A stretch of 64,000 nucleotides of DNA. Origin: Ramazzottius varieornatus. Taxonomy: Eukaryota; Animalia; Tardigrada. The position numbers and the translations under genes are program-made. The notes beneath the pieces were generated by a model that did not search any database, was not told the DNA's origin, and saw only the letters and a program-made list of their open reading frames with translations. How positions within the stretch are numbered: the stretch's first letter is position 1; each line of letters opens with the position of its first letter. Location: contig BDGG01000013.1 in the NCBI GenBank assembly GCA_001949185.1, positions 748,581-812,580 on the forward strand. Reading direction: 5' to 3'. Of this stretch, positions 10,387-24,200 are shown in pieces.

Positions 10387-12830
10387 CTAAATCTCTGGCT
10401 TCGCGCATTGCCATGGTTGAAAGCTGTACAAGTTTTCTAACGGTGTCGGTTGCTGCATCCATTTCAAGGCTTGATAGATCGATACGAACCAAACGTCGCC
10501 CAACTTCAGTGCTTTGTCCATGAAATTGGACAGGGCATTCTGCCTGTTCCACTTCCCCCAAAACCACGCCGCGTGAGCCGATAGCAGGTACGGCGCTCGA
10601 TTAGTGCTGTAGTGCTTCAGGAAATTATCCCAGAAGATCTTGGTCAGCCCTTCAGTGTCTTCCGGCATGACACAAGCGTCATACATCGAGCATTTAATAC
10701 CTCCTAGTCCCACGACACCCGTCATCGGTACTTCCCACAGCCCAGGATATCGGTATTTGGGACATGTACCATAGCAAGAGTGTGGAATGGGATTATCCAA
10801 TGTGTAGGGCCACATGGGCGGGTCGGTCTGGGGGGAAGGTATGGATGAGTCGTACAGGAAACCATTGCTCCATAACATGTGAAACATGGCGTCGCCACCG
10901 ATTGCCAGAAACGGTGCTCGCATCCCGACAATGTCACTCCGGTTAACACCATTGGCATGGACCATCAAAGCTTGGCCCAAGATTTCATTCCTCCATATTG
11001 TTTCGTTGCATTTTGCGCAGTCTGTATGGCTGTCAATAGAAGAATTTACCGGTAGTGAAGAGTGATTAACGCAAGCGACGAGTGTATTGATAGTCAGATG
11101 AATTACCTCAGGGAATGCGATGCGATCTCATGGCCTCGTTTGTACAACTCTTGTACCATTTTGTAGTCGGTCCACTTGTGTGACAAGAAGACGGTTCCTG
11201 TTATGGGGCATCCGTTTAGATTGGTTCGGTTTCTGGCGAACACCCTCTTCAGAAACTCGAAGTTGCCACCGTTCACTGAATCGTCCCACGTGACCATTAC
11301 AATCTGTGGGGTCTTTTTTGGCGGCAGTCCGTTTGGAATGTTGAGCACGTCGCAGTAGCAATCAGGAAGTTTGCACCGTGATTTATTGCAGTTGCTGTCC
11401 GCGTCGACTAATGGCTTCCGGGTTGGTCGAATTCTTTGCAGCGGTATCGCACTGGACGTGGACGAAGTCTGGCTGGGTAGTGTGGTTGTTTCTGTCTTGT
11501 TTACTGTATCGTGAACAGAAGGAGTAGTCTCTTTGTTCAACTCCATGACCTTCTTCAACTTCCAGACTTTTCGAAGGTTTTGCCATCTTGATAGCAGCAG
11601 CTCATATCTGCTAACCGACGAGTTTCTGTCTTTGATCGGCAGCTCGGATGTTTCTTTATCACTTATGGCCAAGATCGTCTCTGCTCCAGCCGGCTTGATT
11701 CTATTGTCCTGTTCAGTCTCACAAGGGATTTACGCTAGTCGGACCACTCCAACTCTGAAACCAATTCGCTATATAAGTAGATGAGAGTTCACAGTATAAA
11801 CAGGCAGGCAGCATCGGCGGAAATAATTTTTGGACGCCACTACAAAATTCGGGAACAGGGATACAATGGCCGTACGGCTCCGTCCCAATGACGTAACCAA
11901 ACCGCTTTGACATAATGCACTCTTATTTTATCCCTGATTGACAAGGAGGCGATCAGCTGATCGGCGAAGAGTGTGTGTGGTTCGCCAGATAGTTTGCTGT
12001 CTCGTAGCTGTGGTACTTCATGGTGCGCAATTTGGAGCGGCAACGACGTCAAATCCGATCAGCCGTTCACCTCATTGTCAATGAAAAAGTCTCAATCAAT
12101 AGTATTACGTCATCGCACCAGACTTGTACGCTAGTGTACGACAATAGTTCCTCTGTTCCCGAATTTCGCAGTGGCGTCCAGGAGTTAGTTCCGCCGATAC
12201 CGTCTGCTCTGTTTTATGGAGTGAACCCTTTTCTATTCTTCCATCTTATTGCTTCTAGAGTTGGAGTGGAGCGACTGGTGTAAATCCCTTGTCAGCCTGA
12301 GACTTGGCCTCCTGGTCCTTGAAGAATGCACCGGCAAGCGGCCATACTGTAGCCGGTAATGCGGTAGAAAGGTTACGACCGGCGACATCTGTCATAAAGA
12401 TATATTGATTCATTACAGTATATATGTTGGGTGGACAAAGCACATGCTCATCAAAGTGCGAAGAAAGTGCTACATACCATTAGCAAAGGTAGCAATATCC
12501 GCGTTGGGCCACTCGCATATTCGCGTCCGATCGTTGTACTACAAAGATGCCGAATACATGCGCATCTATTAATAGTACCCAACGACATGCCGGATCAGAT
12601 GACAAGTTTAAAAATTGACAACAAAATGAACTTACGATGTAGCCGAAGTCGCACGTGCCTTGCGTGGCCCAGTTGGTTCCGTTATGACAGATCCAATTCA
12701 GCCTGTAGGAAGAATCATGAGAAACCGTTCCAGACGATGTCGGGCACTTGAACCTGTGCCCCCGGCCTAGTACGCCCACGAAGAAGATTAGTGAAGTGAT
12801 GGACACACATGATCTTCCGGCTTTTAGCAT
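10387..12830 (-). CDS. chitin deacetylase (signal peptide, degenerate CBM14, CE4 domain), exon 3 interrupted by a foldback element
   Basis: CE4 motifs TWDD, EIASHSLSH (across intron ~11033-11107), GMRAPFL, YDSS, LWEVP, NRAP. Upstream exons encode a signal peptide and FKCP..C..CDFGYI/YNDRTRICEWP. Removing 11722-12300 restores the frame (KSQAEQDNRIK). Confidence 0.8.
11722..12291. mobile_element. 570-bp Mutator-like MITE, ~140-bp TIRs, degenerate 9-bp TSD
   Basis: Ends CAAGGGATTTAC...GTAAATCCCTTG; arms 11722-11860 vs 12150-12291. Flanks TCAGTCTCA / TCAGCCTGA match at 7 of 9 positions. Confidence 0.8.
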
Positions 12831-13881
12831 CGTACGAAGAGTCACAGTGGAAACCCGCCAGCAGGAGAAAACAATTGTACTATCCACGGAATATCACTGC
12901 CAAAGCCGCATCTCAGACTCAACGATGTTGCACAGACGTCGCACGATAAGTGAACTTCACGGACCAAGGCAGTAAAACGGTCAAAGTTTATGACAGAAGA
13001 ACCGTTTTGTACGCCATCTTGTAGCTCAAGACGGAAGTGATGCATATTCGTCTGTTGTACAGCGCTGTCCGCAGTGTGAGGCAACGCGATTTCCTCAATT
13101 AATCAAGCAGCCGTTGCCCACATGCATATGATTACTATAGAGCTAGACGTATATGACACATGGACCGAGGCATAGTTTACCGCACTGATAAGTTTGCGTT
13201 TGGTCGCCACCCGCCAATTTCATCCACATCATAAGTCATGATAAATTCCGACACCAAACAAGATTTATTATAGGAGCGCGGCAAACTTCAGTATGCCTCA
13301 GTTCGTAGATAGTAATGATCTGACAAGCGCATGTCATGTGACTCACTGGCATGAGAGAGGAGCAAAATGGTAGGCCATACGGTACATAAAAGAATCACGC
13401 AGCTTCCCGCGGACAACAGAAACCGGGATGTAAACTTTGTGCGCCACTGGCAGTAGAAAAGGGCAAGTCCCGGCAGTGAGCCGCTGCCCGTTAGTTACTT
13501 CATTACATCCAATATTTGATTACGTGGGCACTCGATTTTTGATTTTCGGATTGATCGAGCCGCCGCCGAATTTTCTGAGTCACTTCTCATAAACTGACGT
13601 CATCAGGTGTTCCGTATGACCTCACTACTTGTTCTTTTCTATTTCTTTTACCAGCCACCCATGTAATACATGCGCCACTGTCGCACAATACCACTGAACG
13701 TGAAATCATCTGGACACGACAGCGATATTCAGCACACATGTACCTCCACGGGTAATCCATGACCGCGGGCATTCCGTTCTACCTTGATACGGGTGAAAAT
13801 ACTTTTGCGTCGCACAACAGAAATACTTTCACGAACAGCGAGCCACATGAAGTAGGGATAATGAGGCGCGATGCCTCGATC

Positions 13882-15140
<1,259 letters not shown>

Positions 15141-15494
15141 ACTGTCCAGTGAATCAATGTTTAAAAAGGCGGCGATCGAAAGAACGTTTCTTTAATGTCA
15201 AAAAGCAAAGCAAATGCCCGAATTCGAATGCCTAACCGTCTCACTTTCGCAAAAGTTGTCTTCTGATATACCAATGCAGCCCGTCGTTCAAATATGGTTT
15301 CGCACATTCTGTTATCGTTCAGACGAGAAGGTTATCATGTCAGCTAACCTTGACTTGCTAGGGATTTCGCGACAAAGAAACGGAAGCCTTCCGCCGCCCT
15401 TTTGTATTTTGAAGAATCTATCGATACTCGCCGGCCCGAACGTCTTTCAGCCACTACGTGGTGAATCTTTGTGCCGCAAACCTGATTTACACCG

Positions 15495-16229
15495 GTGCTC
15501 TGTATCCCTAAATGCTTTCATGGTCTTCCATCCACACGTTTCTTTCCCTGAGCAGTTTTGCGTATTTCATCGTTATTTCACCGCAACCACCGGAGCGCTG
15601 ATTAACAATGGCCACGCGCTCGTTGCTGTAAATCGGTTATGGGCCATCATATACCCTTTGTCCTACAGAACCCATCACCGTCTGCATCCCGCCTGGACGT
15701 CGACCAGAGTGTGCGCCGTAACATGGCTCTACATTCACCTGTTCATAACCCCCGGACGATTTTCGAATCGGTCAGTACAGAACGGCCGTCACATGAAGTG
15801 CTAGCGTGTCCGCCATCAACCAAAATTCCTCGCGCTGTGGCGCTCGTGATACAAGTTTTGTTGTTCGACACACCGATCATTCTGACCGTGGTTATTTACC
15901 CCTTCTTTCTGGATGAGAAAATCATGCGAGAAAGAATGCTATGGAGTGTTGCGCTTTCTCGAGTTCGTCGGGCACGCTCCCCGTTGGCAGGAGCTGCACT
16001 GATCATGAGTGCGCAGCCGAACAAGGATGGGAAATTTCTGGCCCTGACTCTGCTGATATTATTGCCTGCACAGGTTTACTACACCTTGTTCGTTCCTCGC
16101 ATAGCAGCGAAAGACCTATTTACAGCAACGTGGATCCTTTACTCGCTCAGTCTAATTTTTGATCCGTTACTGTTTATGTTTTCGGTCGACAGTTTTCGTA
16201 GTGCTCTGAAGCGTGTCATCCGCAGATAG
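15495..16229 (+). pseudogene. class A GPCR remnant related to 2212-3378
   Basis: HALVAVNRLWAIIYPLSYRTHH, WLYIHLF and DPLLFMF are split over two frames, and the N-terminus is missing. Confidence 0.75.
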
Positions 16230-16384
16230 GTGCGAAACCTTTTCTGAATCTGCACGGTAATTTTCTTAACTTAAGACAGAATCCATCTGTAGACTCGACA
16301 ATTTCGCCCCGTTAATGGAATTATGTTAATTGGAAAGAAACGTTGCTTATTGTATTCAAAACTTGTTTTTTAGAAAATTCCTTT

Positions 16385-17845
16385 TCAAAGTAACGTTAAA
16401 AGTCTTTGAAAATCATCGGATTGCTCTTGACTGCGATCAGGGTCAAAGGTAGGTTGCTCCGTAATCTTCTTATTGAATTCCTTCGCCGCCCTTTTGTATT
16501 TTGAAATTTCTCCACTGTCCCATCCAGCCACCTTCCGCACGGTCTCTGCAAGTTCTTCACCGAGCACCTTCCTTGCCGGCTTCAGTCCAGTCCCTTCCAT
16601 CATCTCAGCGACACCATGCCTGACCAACAACTGCGCGTCGAGCATATTGTCCCCGAACATTGGCCAGCAGGTAAACGGTACTCCGCTACACAGTCCTTCC
16701 AATGTACTGTTCCATCCACAATGACTGACAAAAACCGCGCACGCTGAATGGTTGAGTACCTGCCGCTGAGGAACCCACGGTAGAACCAGGAAGGGCTTAT
16801 CGGCAAACCCGGAGTCCCGGTTTGACAGCTGGTCCTGGAGAGACTGTGGCAGGTGTTCAATGTTGCTGTCCTTTAGAGAAAGGATGAATGGCTTCTGTGT
16901 CAGCAGCAAACCTCTTCCAATCTCCATGATGGTATCTGCTGAGGGTTGGCCCACCGTCCCGAGCGAGGCATAGACCACCGAGTTCTCGATTTTGTCATCC
17001 AGCCACTCTTCAATATCGACAGAGAGCTCCGTTTCCGCGGACAACCCAACGCGACTAGGATCCGGTGTTAGAAGCGGTCCAACGAAGAACAAACTCAGGT
17101 GTTGCCCGACCGGGTCTTGTGCTATTCTTTTCACCACTCTTTCCTCCAGATCCCTCATCGAATTGACTATAATGCCGGCGGACAACGGGAATAGTTTTGT
17201 GATTGGGGCGAAATGGCTCTTCATTTCCTGTGGTGTTTCTCGGCGTCCATCCAGCGCTGTATTACCGTCCAGGTACTTGAGGAACCCATTAGGATCTTCT
17301 GTGTCGGGGTACACCGGTGTGTCATCGTTGATAAGAAGGTAGAACGGTATGCAGGCAGCAGCAGCTGTTTGAAACAAGTAGTGTGGAATGCCACGTCGAT
17401 GGCTATGAGCGACCGTCTCGCCGATAAAGATATCGGTGATGATCACGTCGACCGGCTCAAGTAGTGCTTCAGTCAATTCAGATACATTTACCGTCCGAGA
17501 CTTGCCGTCGCGTGTAGGCAGGCTGTCGATAAGCTTTGACACAGCTGCTGAATTAAGCTTGTGGATTTCAAGAAAATCCCAGTACTGGTCAAGCTGTGTG
17601 TAATTGTGGCCGTCCTTCAATGGAAGGAATTCGATTCCATTCCCATCGATCTGGTTGAGAGTACCACGGGCTTGTGCGAGTAGGTAAAGGGATTCCGACA
17701 AGGCAATGGTGCATTTGTGGTGTGGACATAGACGTTTGGCAAGTTCGAAAAGAGGGATAAGATGTCCGAAGGCCGTATACGGTGCTAGCACAATGTGGAC
17801 CCTGCGACTATGATCCAACGCACTGCCCGCATTTGCAGACATCAT
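16385..17845 (-). CDS. intronless UDP-glycosyltransferase (GT1), plant-type soluble architecture
   Basis: GHLIP catalytic His motif, IITDIF, WLD..SVVYASLGT and PSPG box WVPQRQVLNHSACAVFVSHCGWNSTLEG..GVP..CWPMFGDN. No signal peptide or C-terminal TM segment. Confidence 0.92.
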   Translation of the reverse strand: MMSANAGSALDHSRRVHIVLAPYTAFGHLIPLFELAKRLCPHHKCTIALSESLYLLAQARGTLNQIDGNGIEFLPLKDGHNYTQLDQYWDFLEIHKLNSAAVSKLIDSLPTRDGKSRTVNVSELTEALLEPVDVIITDIFIGETVAHSHRRGIPHYLFQTAAAACIPFYLLINDDTPVYPDTEDPNGFLKYLDGNTALDGRRETPQEMKSHFAPITKLFPLSAGIIVNSMRDLEERVVKRIAQDPVGQHLSLFFVGPLLTPDPSRVGLSAETELSVDIEEWLDDKIENSVVYASLGTVGQPSADTIMEIGRGLLLTQKPFILSLKDSNIEHLPQSLQDQLSNRDSGFADKPFLVLPWVPQRQVLNHSACAVFVSHCGWNSTLEGLCSGVPFTCWPMFGDNMLDAQLLVRHGVAEMMEGTGLKPARKVLGEELAETVRKVAGWDSGEISKYKRAAKEFNKKITEQPTFDPDRSQEQSDDFQRLLTLL

Positions 17846-20800
17846 AACAAGGCCTGATAACAAAGCCTGAAAACACGTGAAATGCTGTTTGTTGAGGAGT
17901 AATAACCGTTACTGAAGCCTATGCATATAGTGCATACCGCGGGGTAAGCAAGACAGCGCACACGACTACACTACAGTTCAAGACAGAGATGGCACCTGTT
18001 TTTCACGTACAAAGTTGCAACAACTGTTGGCGATGCGTTGATAAGACACCACTGTTCGGTAACGACAAAATTAAGATAAGCGGTACAGTCTTGCTGTGAA
18101 GTGTTGGTCGTTCACCCTGTCTTCACCCTTTTAGCCAGTTAGCGAGCGCACGTGTGCTAACTCAAGACCGCATGCTGCAGCGTTGACCAGTGACTATTGC
18201 CTCGGGCATATTTCAAACTTTGTTCAAATTAGGTTCATACAGCAGCGGAAGCTTCCCTATTCCAGCGAAGCATACAAAAGAGGCTGAACGTTCAGAAGAA
18301 ATTGCAAAGCTATTGTGCGCTTCGAGGGCTAAAAACTCCGAATATCGAATATGAAGTCGAAAATCTGTCAGCAATGACTTGAGAAAATTTTTCTGGCAAA
18401 AACAGTACAAAGCTCTGAGGCTGAAAAGCGAGCAGCTGTTATGTTGTACGAGGAGTCGTTCATCGAAGCCATTGAGCGTTCGATCGGATGGTGAATTCGG
18501 AATTGTTAACGATTACCGCTACTGCGCCAGCAAGTCGGGGGAGGTAACAGCCTCATGTTCCCCATGGCCTCTTTACAGCACGAGAACCCTCCGGGTAGCA
18601 AGAGTGGTCTTCTGTTTTTACGATACTTCGACAGTTCGAAGAGACAAGTCAGCAGTGAAAATAGTGTCTTGATCTGCTTCCAGCCTATCGGTAAGCCGAC
18701 TTGGGTGTTTACGTAAGTAAACCTTCCCTTGCGTTCCAGCGACAACTCCACAGAGGTCGTCGCAGGTGCTTGACGGTAAAGGGAAACAACACCGAATCAA
18801 ACACTGGGCAAAGAGCACCTAAAATACGAATAAAAAACACTCGGCTTCGGCAGGTAGTCAGTTGATGACATAATGTGTGGTGAAACGCGGGCTGATATCG
18901 GACGAAATCATACAGTGTACCGAAAAAATTAACCGGCGATAATGAGCATGACACCTAATTGGAACCTAATTATCATGCGAACAATAACAACACTCGTTCG
19001 TTCCATGCACAAATTTCATTCGTCACCTCCATCTGGCTCCATCCAAAACCCATTAATGACGGTTAATTTTTTGGTACACTGTATAAGCGATGCCTCATAT
19101 CGATATCGAGGGCGCGCCTTTAGTTGAGCAAGTACGTCAGCTTACGAGGACTGTCGTTCTTGTACACGCGCCTGGCCTAAGTCTTGGCATGGACAAAAGT
19201 CTTGGCAAGTGGTTTCCGAAACAGCGGCTCCGCCAGCTGTGTTCGCTTACGGTTGAAACAGAACCGGTTCGCTAGCTGTGTTTGCCACTGCGCGAACTGC
19301 ATCCTTCAGACTTTCCTCGGTATACTTCCGGCGTTTCTTGCTCTTAAAACCTGACATTTGCCCAAGCTCAAGTTACTCAAGACTGGAAGAAAAACTCGAG
19401 AAAGAATACCACAGAATATCAAATGAAACTGGAGTGACTGAACAAATGGAAAGCGCATTGCGAAATTCTGACTTCATGACGTCACACGACCAGTTTCTGT
19501 TCCAATACAACATTCTTTGTGTTAAAATGCCGCCGGGCCGTGCTGCCAAGACTTTTGTCCATGCCAAGACTTAGGCCAGGCGCGTGTACTTCTCGACCAT
19601 GCCTAATCGTATATTCGTCGCGTCGACCCGGCCAGGTACTGAACGAAACGTTCGGAACGTTTCCAAATTCAACTTACTCGCCCTGCCACAACTGGCTCAA
19701 GCAATGCTCAATCGGACGTTTCGCCTTCCACAAAACGATGCCAAACTGACTTCAGCAGGCATGCCGGTCATCAATCCGACCATCCGGTTTTTCGATCCCG
19801 ACAGCCGAAGTTTTGCAGGCATGAAGAGACTTCCTTTCTCGTGATCAAGCTTCATGTATCGCAGGCTAACTTCTGTAGGTGGCGCTAAGGTACGATTCGC
19901 AGAGGAAGTCGCTGGACCCTTTTAATTTATCAGCGATACGGTGGAGACGAACATCGTTCCATCAGATCGACCAGCCTGCCGGTCCGATTGTCCTGTGCCT
20001 GGGAGTCCTATGAGTTGACTCCAATCTTGCTGGCGTACGCCCTCATGCCACAAGCCTTTTTTACATTAAAGAAACTTGATGTTTCTGTGGCTAAACCTCC
20101 GACAACCGTCAGCTTCCCAGTGCAGCTGAGGCTTTTGGGGGTTTGTATCTAGACCATAGCTGGAACCTCAGGGAGTCCAGGAGGTTTCAGCGACGGATCT
20201 GATGGCCGTGGCAACAGGTACGGCGCTCACAGTGTTGTTCAAACGCATGGAACGGATGTTAGTTGCCGATATTTTTTTTTACAGAGGAGTATCCCGGAGT
20301 ATCCCCGTTTTTACAAAGAGGGATGAAGATTGGTAGTGCTTGCACGATCAGATGGCGGTGCCTCTTCCTCGAAACCCACAGCCCCTGGGCACTGTACGGA
20401 AAGCTCAAATATAAAATGTGCGCAACACGAGAAGTTACATCCAAAGAGACAGATTTACTGAAAGGTTCGTTTAGCTGGATCCGAAGCAAACTTCGATTGG
20501 GTTGTCAAACTACAAGAAAACTTGATCAGAAACTAAACTGGAGGGAACAGAACAGATAGTTAACGAAACTTCCAAAAGAGCCAGGAGATCTTATTGCACA
20601 GGAAACAGCCCAGTCGAGTTCTTGGTTCCTGCTCTAAATTTTTCCACTCACAAATCTTACGCACGAGATCTGATCTACACCGTGAGTGCACCAACTTGCT
20701 ACCACCTGGCATATCGGCGAGGAAACATTCTTATCGTAATGGGAAATACTGGAAAGAGTTGACCAGTATGACTTCCGGTGAGGAAGACATACCGCAGCAG

Positions 20801-21244
20801 GTAAAACGCTGTCTGCGAAAATTCCGGGTAGGAGTTTTTAACCCCAACCTGACGTAAAGAAACTCACACCCACGTTGGTGGTCAGAAAAAATGAAGAAAG
20901 AGCAGGAAAGCCCCGGACTAACTCGACAACAGAATTAAACCCGTCACACTTTTACATTTTGCCGGGAAACTTCCTCTGGTGGAAAGCTTTCCAGATCTTT
21001 TCCAAAACATCAGATTCATGTTCTCCACCCACTTTCCTGTAATTGAGTGTCATTTCTAATCATTTCCAGCAACAGAACTGCAGGACGACTGCAGAGAACT
21101 GAAAAAGTAGGTGGTAGCAAGTTGGCGCACTCAGGGTGTAACTAAGCTTGAAACCAGCGTTTAATCAGCTTGTTATCTGATTTTAGCAATATTTTGATCA
21201 AATAAGGCCATGAATTGGCACGAAATGAGCTTTTAATCCAGGTA

Positions 21245-22525
21245 CAGCCACTGGCAGCCAAGTGTTCACTTCTCATGAAAAGAATTCTTACTTCCTTCAG
21301 ACAACAGATAACCTCTTCATTTAACTTCTACATGACCACCGTGTCTATCCAGCATCGTTTGGACACGACCTTGCCAAGAGGAAAGCGTACTCCGAATTTC
21401 AGCGATATCATAACTTTCACAGACTTTTTTGATAACGCTAATGAGGCCTTTTATGGTGGTCGCCTTCCGCTCAGACAAAATTCTCTTGAGATTCCCGTTG
21501 ATCCCGTAGTCCAAAGGGGCTAAGTCAGGGCTGTTCGCCATCCAAATCTCCTTCGGAAGATACTTGACACGATGATCATTGAGGTACTGGATGGTCAGCT
21601 TGGCCGTGTGAGATGGAGCACTGTCCATGTGGAAGATGACATCTTTCGCCGAATTCCCGTAGGGCCTGGGAATGTCTTCATGGATCATCTTCGACAGGAT
21701 TTCATCAATGAAGTACTGGGCTGTCACCTTGGCAGAGCCGTTTACGACGTAGGCGCGCGACATTCCGAACCAGCAGATTCCGATGGCGATCATGACTTTC
21801 TTGGGCCACTGCTTGGTCGTCTTTTTCTTCCACTCTTCAGGAATTTCTGCCGATCCATCAGTCCAAAAGTGATCTGTATCCACATTGCAGTCATCAAGAC
21901 TGATCCAAGTCTCGTCCATAGTGAAGATATGACGGACTTTGAATGGACCTAGATACGAGATAAAAAGTTTCCCCCGCTCATACCTCTGTTTCTTCTGGGC
22001 TTCCGTGAGGTGATGCAGTTTCCTCTTCTTGCGCACTTCCAATCCAAGATTCTGGTGGATCATCCGGCCTACACTGCGGATGGATACTTGGAGCTTCTTC
22101 TATAGCGAGTCAGGATTCTTCTTGACGACAGCTTTCTTGACTTTGTTGACATTGTCCTGGGTGCATGCAGAGGAAAGGTTTTGCGGAGGAAGACGTTTCG
22201 CCGGTTTGGTCCATCCATTTCTCTCCTTTTCTTTCTCCCGGCAAATCTTGAGCACTGTGCGACGACTCAGTGAAACCCCTTGGCTGGCAAGACTCTCAGA
22301 AATTTTAGGGTAGGTGAAACCTTGATCGCGTAAAGCGATCACCAAGGAAGATGTTTCAAAAGAAGTTTTTCCAGGCATGTTGAAAGATTGTTCTTGGAAA
22401 AGTTCTTCAAACGATAATGGAAGGATCGTTTTTTGATTGATTAGCTGAGATGGTTGCGCAATAGGTACAGGGATTTTTGTTTTGAGTCGCGTTTTGAAAA
22501 GTGAACACTTGGCTGCCAGTGGCTG
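21245..22525 (-). mobile_element. full-length Tc1/mariner element, DD37D (maT) family, one premature stop
   Basis: 27-bp perfect TIR CAGCCACTGGCAGCCAAGTGTTCACTT with TA on both sides. Transposase 22378-21317 is in one frame with a TAG at 22100. Motifs MDETW, HMDSAPSH, SPDLAPLDY, with 37 residues between D2 and D3. Confidence 0.93.
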
Positions 22526-22583
22526 TAGAACCTGTTATCGAGCTTTTATTTTGTCTGGCGATCCAGAGATCTGGCTGTGCTTC

Positions 22584-24200
22584 TTAGAAGTTTGTGATCT
22601 GGTTTTTGGGTCGAGGTCTTCGAGAGCGTAATAAATTCTCATCCAGAGCCGTGCACTGATGTCTTTGAGCACGAAACGGAAGCTTCATTAGTTCCATCAC
22701 GGGCTCAACAATCTGCCTCCTGTAGTCCTTGCTCCCTTGTTCGATGTCCAACTGAAGAATAAACCGCATGATCGAACGTGAAACGAGAATACTTTCGAAC
22801 GACCAGCAACTAGTCGTAAAGCAAACATACCTTCTGAATGGCTGCGTGGAAAGGGTAATAGTACAACTTGGAATCACCGCGAGGGTTGCTACTGTCATCA
22901 TGTAGCATCTTGGCGGTAACATTAGGAGGAACGAACTCCTTCACCCGGGAGCCTTTTGCGTGTGGATATAACCCGTTTCTGAAATTCCACTCATGCGGGA
23001 GACTCATGAAGCCTTCAGGGTGGTCATGCAGAACAATGTTAACGAAATCCTGATCTATCAGCTTGAGGTCGCTTTCGTATTTCTCGTACGCCGCCAAGAC
23101 CTTGTCTGCCCAACCGAACCGTCGCATGCGATTCAAGTTCATAGGGATCACACCGTCATTCAGGCCTGAAACACAAAAGAAATGTAGCACGTCACCTGAT
23201 ATCGGTATTGGGCTGAGTAAGCGCTCCAGAACCACTGGGAGCAAGACTTGAACCACCTCGGACCTGATGCTCCTACGTAGGGGGTTCTGAAGACACGTCC
23301 ATACCACGGCAAAATGTCTGGATGTCCTCCCGCTTCAGCCACTACAGCCATGAACTGAGTACCATTCATGGACTTGAAAATTTCCCAAACTTTCTCGATC
23401 GGGGATACGGCAAAAACATCGGTATCAATGTAAATGATAACGTCCAGTTCGGGCAGAACCGACTACAACAACCAATACAAAAATTGGAAATCTACTTCAA
23501 GGTGATACGACGTCAGTAAAATGACTATCAATATCCTCAAAACATAGCGAGGTCTGTAATACCAATGTTTGGGGCGACGACAAAGACCTTACAAGTACGA
23601 GATAGTGACTTAAGCTTACGGCGAAGAACAGACGGAGCGTAACGCAAGGTCCAAACGAGTGCCACATCGTCCTTTTCTCCTTCAGATACTCAGGGTTACT
23701 CAACCATTCGGATCTCAACAGCGGCATTAGACTTCCTGAACAGAGGCGCTGATGCCATGTCACCAAACCTAGCAGTTATTAGCTTTGCATCATCGGTGAC
23801 GATTATCAGGCGAAGTGGACAAGACGTAAAAAACAGCATGGATTTAACCAAGGCCGATAACTGATTCACCCGTCGCCGCTGGTTTTTCCCGCATATTACC
23901 GTCACGACCGTCATGGCTGGATCACAGCTGGGTACTCCATGTTCATTCCCAACCTCGAGCTCAGCGTAACTTGTATTATCCACAGCAGAAAGCTCGGTAG
24001 AAGGATGGAGATATAAAGCAGTGTTGATGATTAGAATGACGAAAAGGACAAGGTGGTACGGCTTCAGGTACCGGCACCCAGGCACTACAAGGCTCAAAGA
24101 TACCTTTTATGTCCCGTTACCCTGAATATTCTTTATTGAAGAACGAGCACATCCCGACCATTGTAAAGTTTCCACACGTCGATATTTATTATGCATACGA
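22584..24200 (-). pseudogene. glucoside xylosyltransferase (GXYLT)-like GT8 gene with a 1-bp frameshift near 23697
   Basis: Type-II TM anchor, VICG..LVKSMLF, FGPCVTLRLFF, YIDTD (DxD), GLNDGV, DQDFVN, LPHEWNFR. GAGTAACCCT needs loss of one A to read MVEYPEYLK. The 5' end is approximate. Confidence 0.75.
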
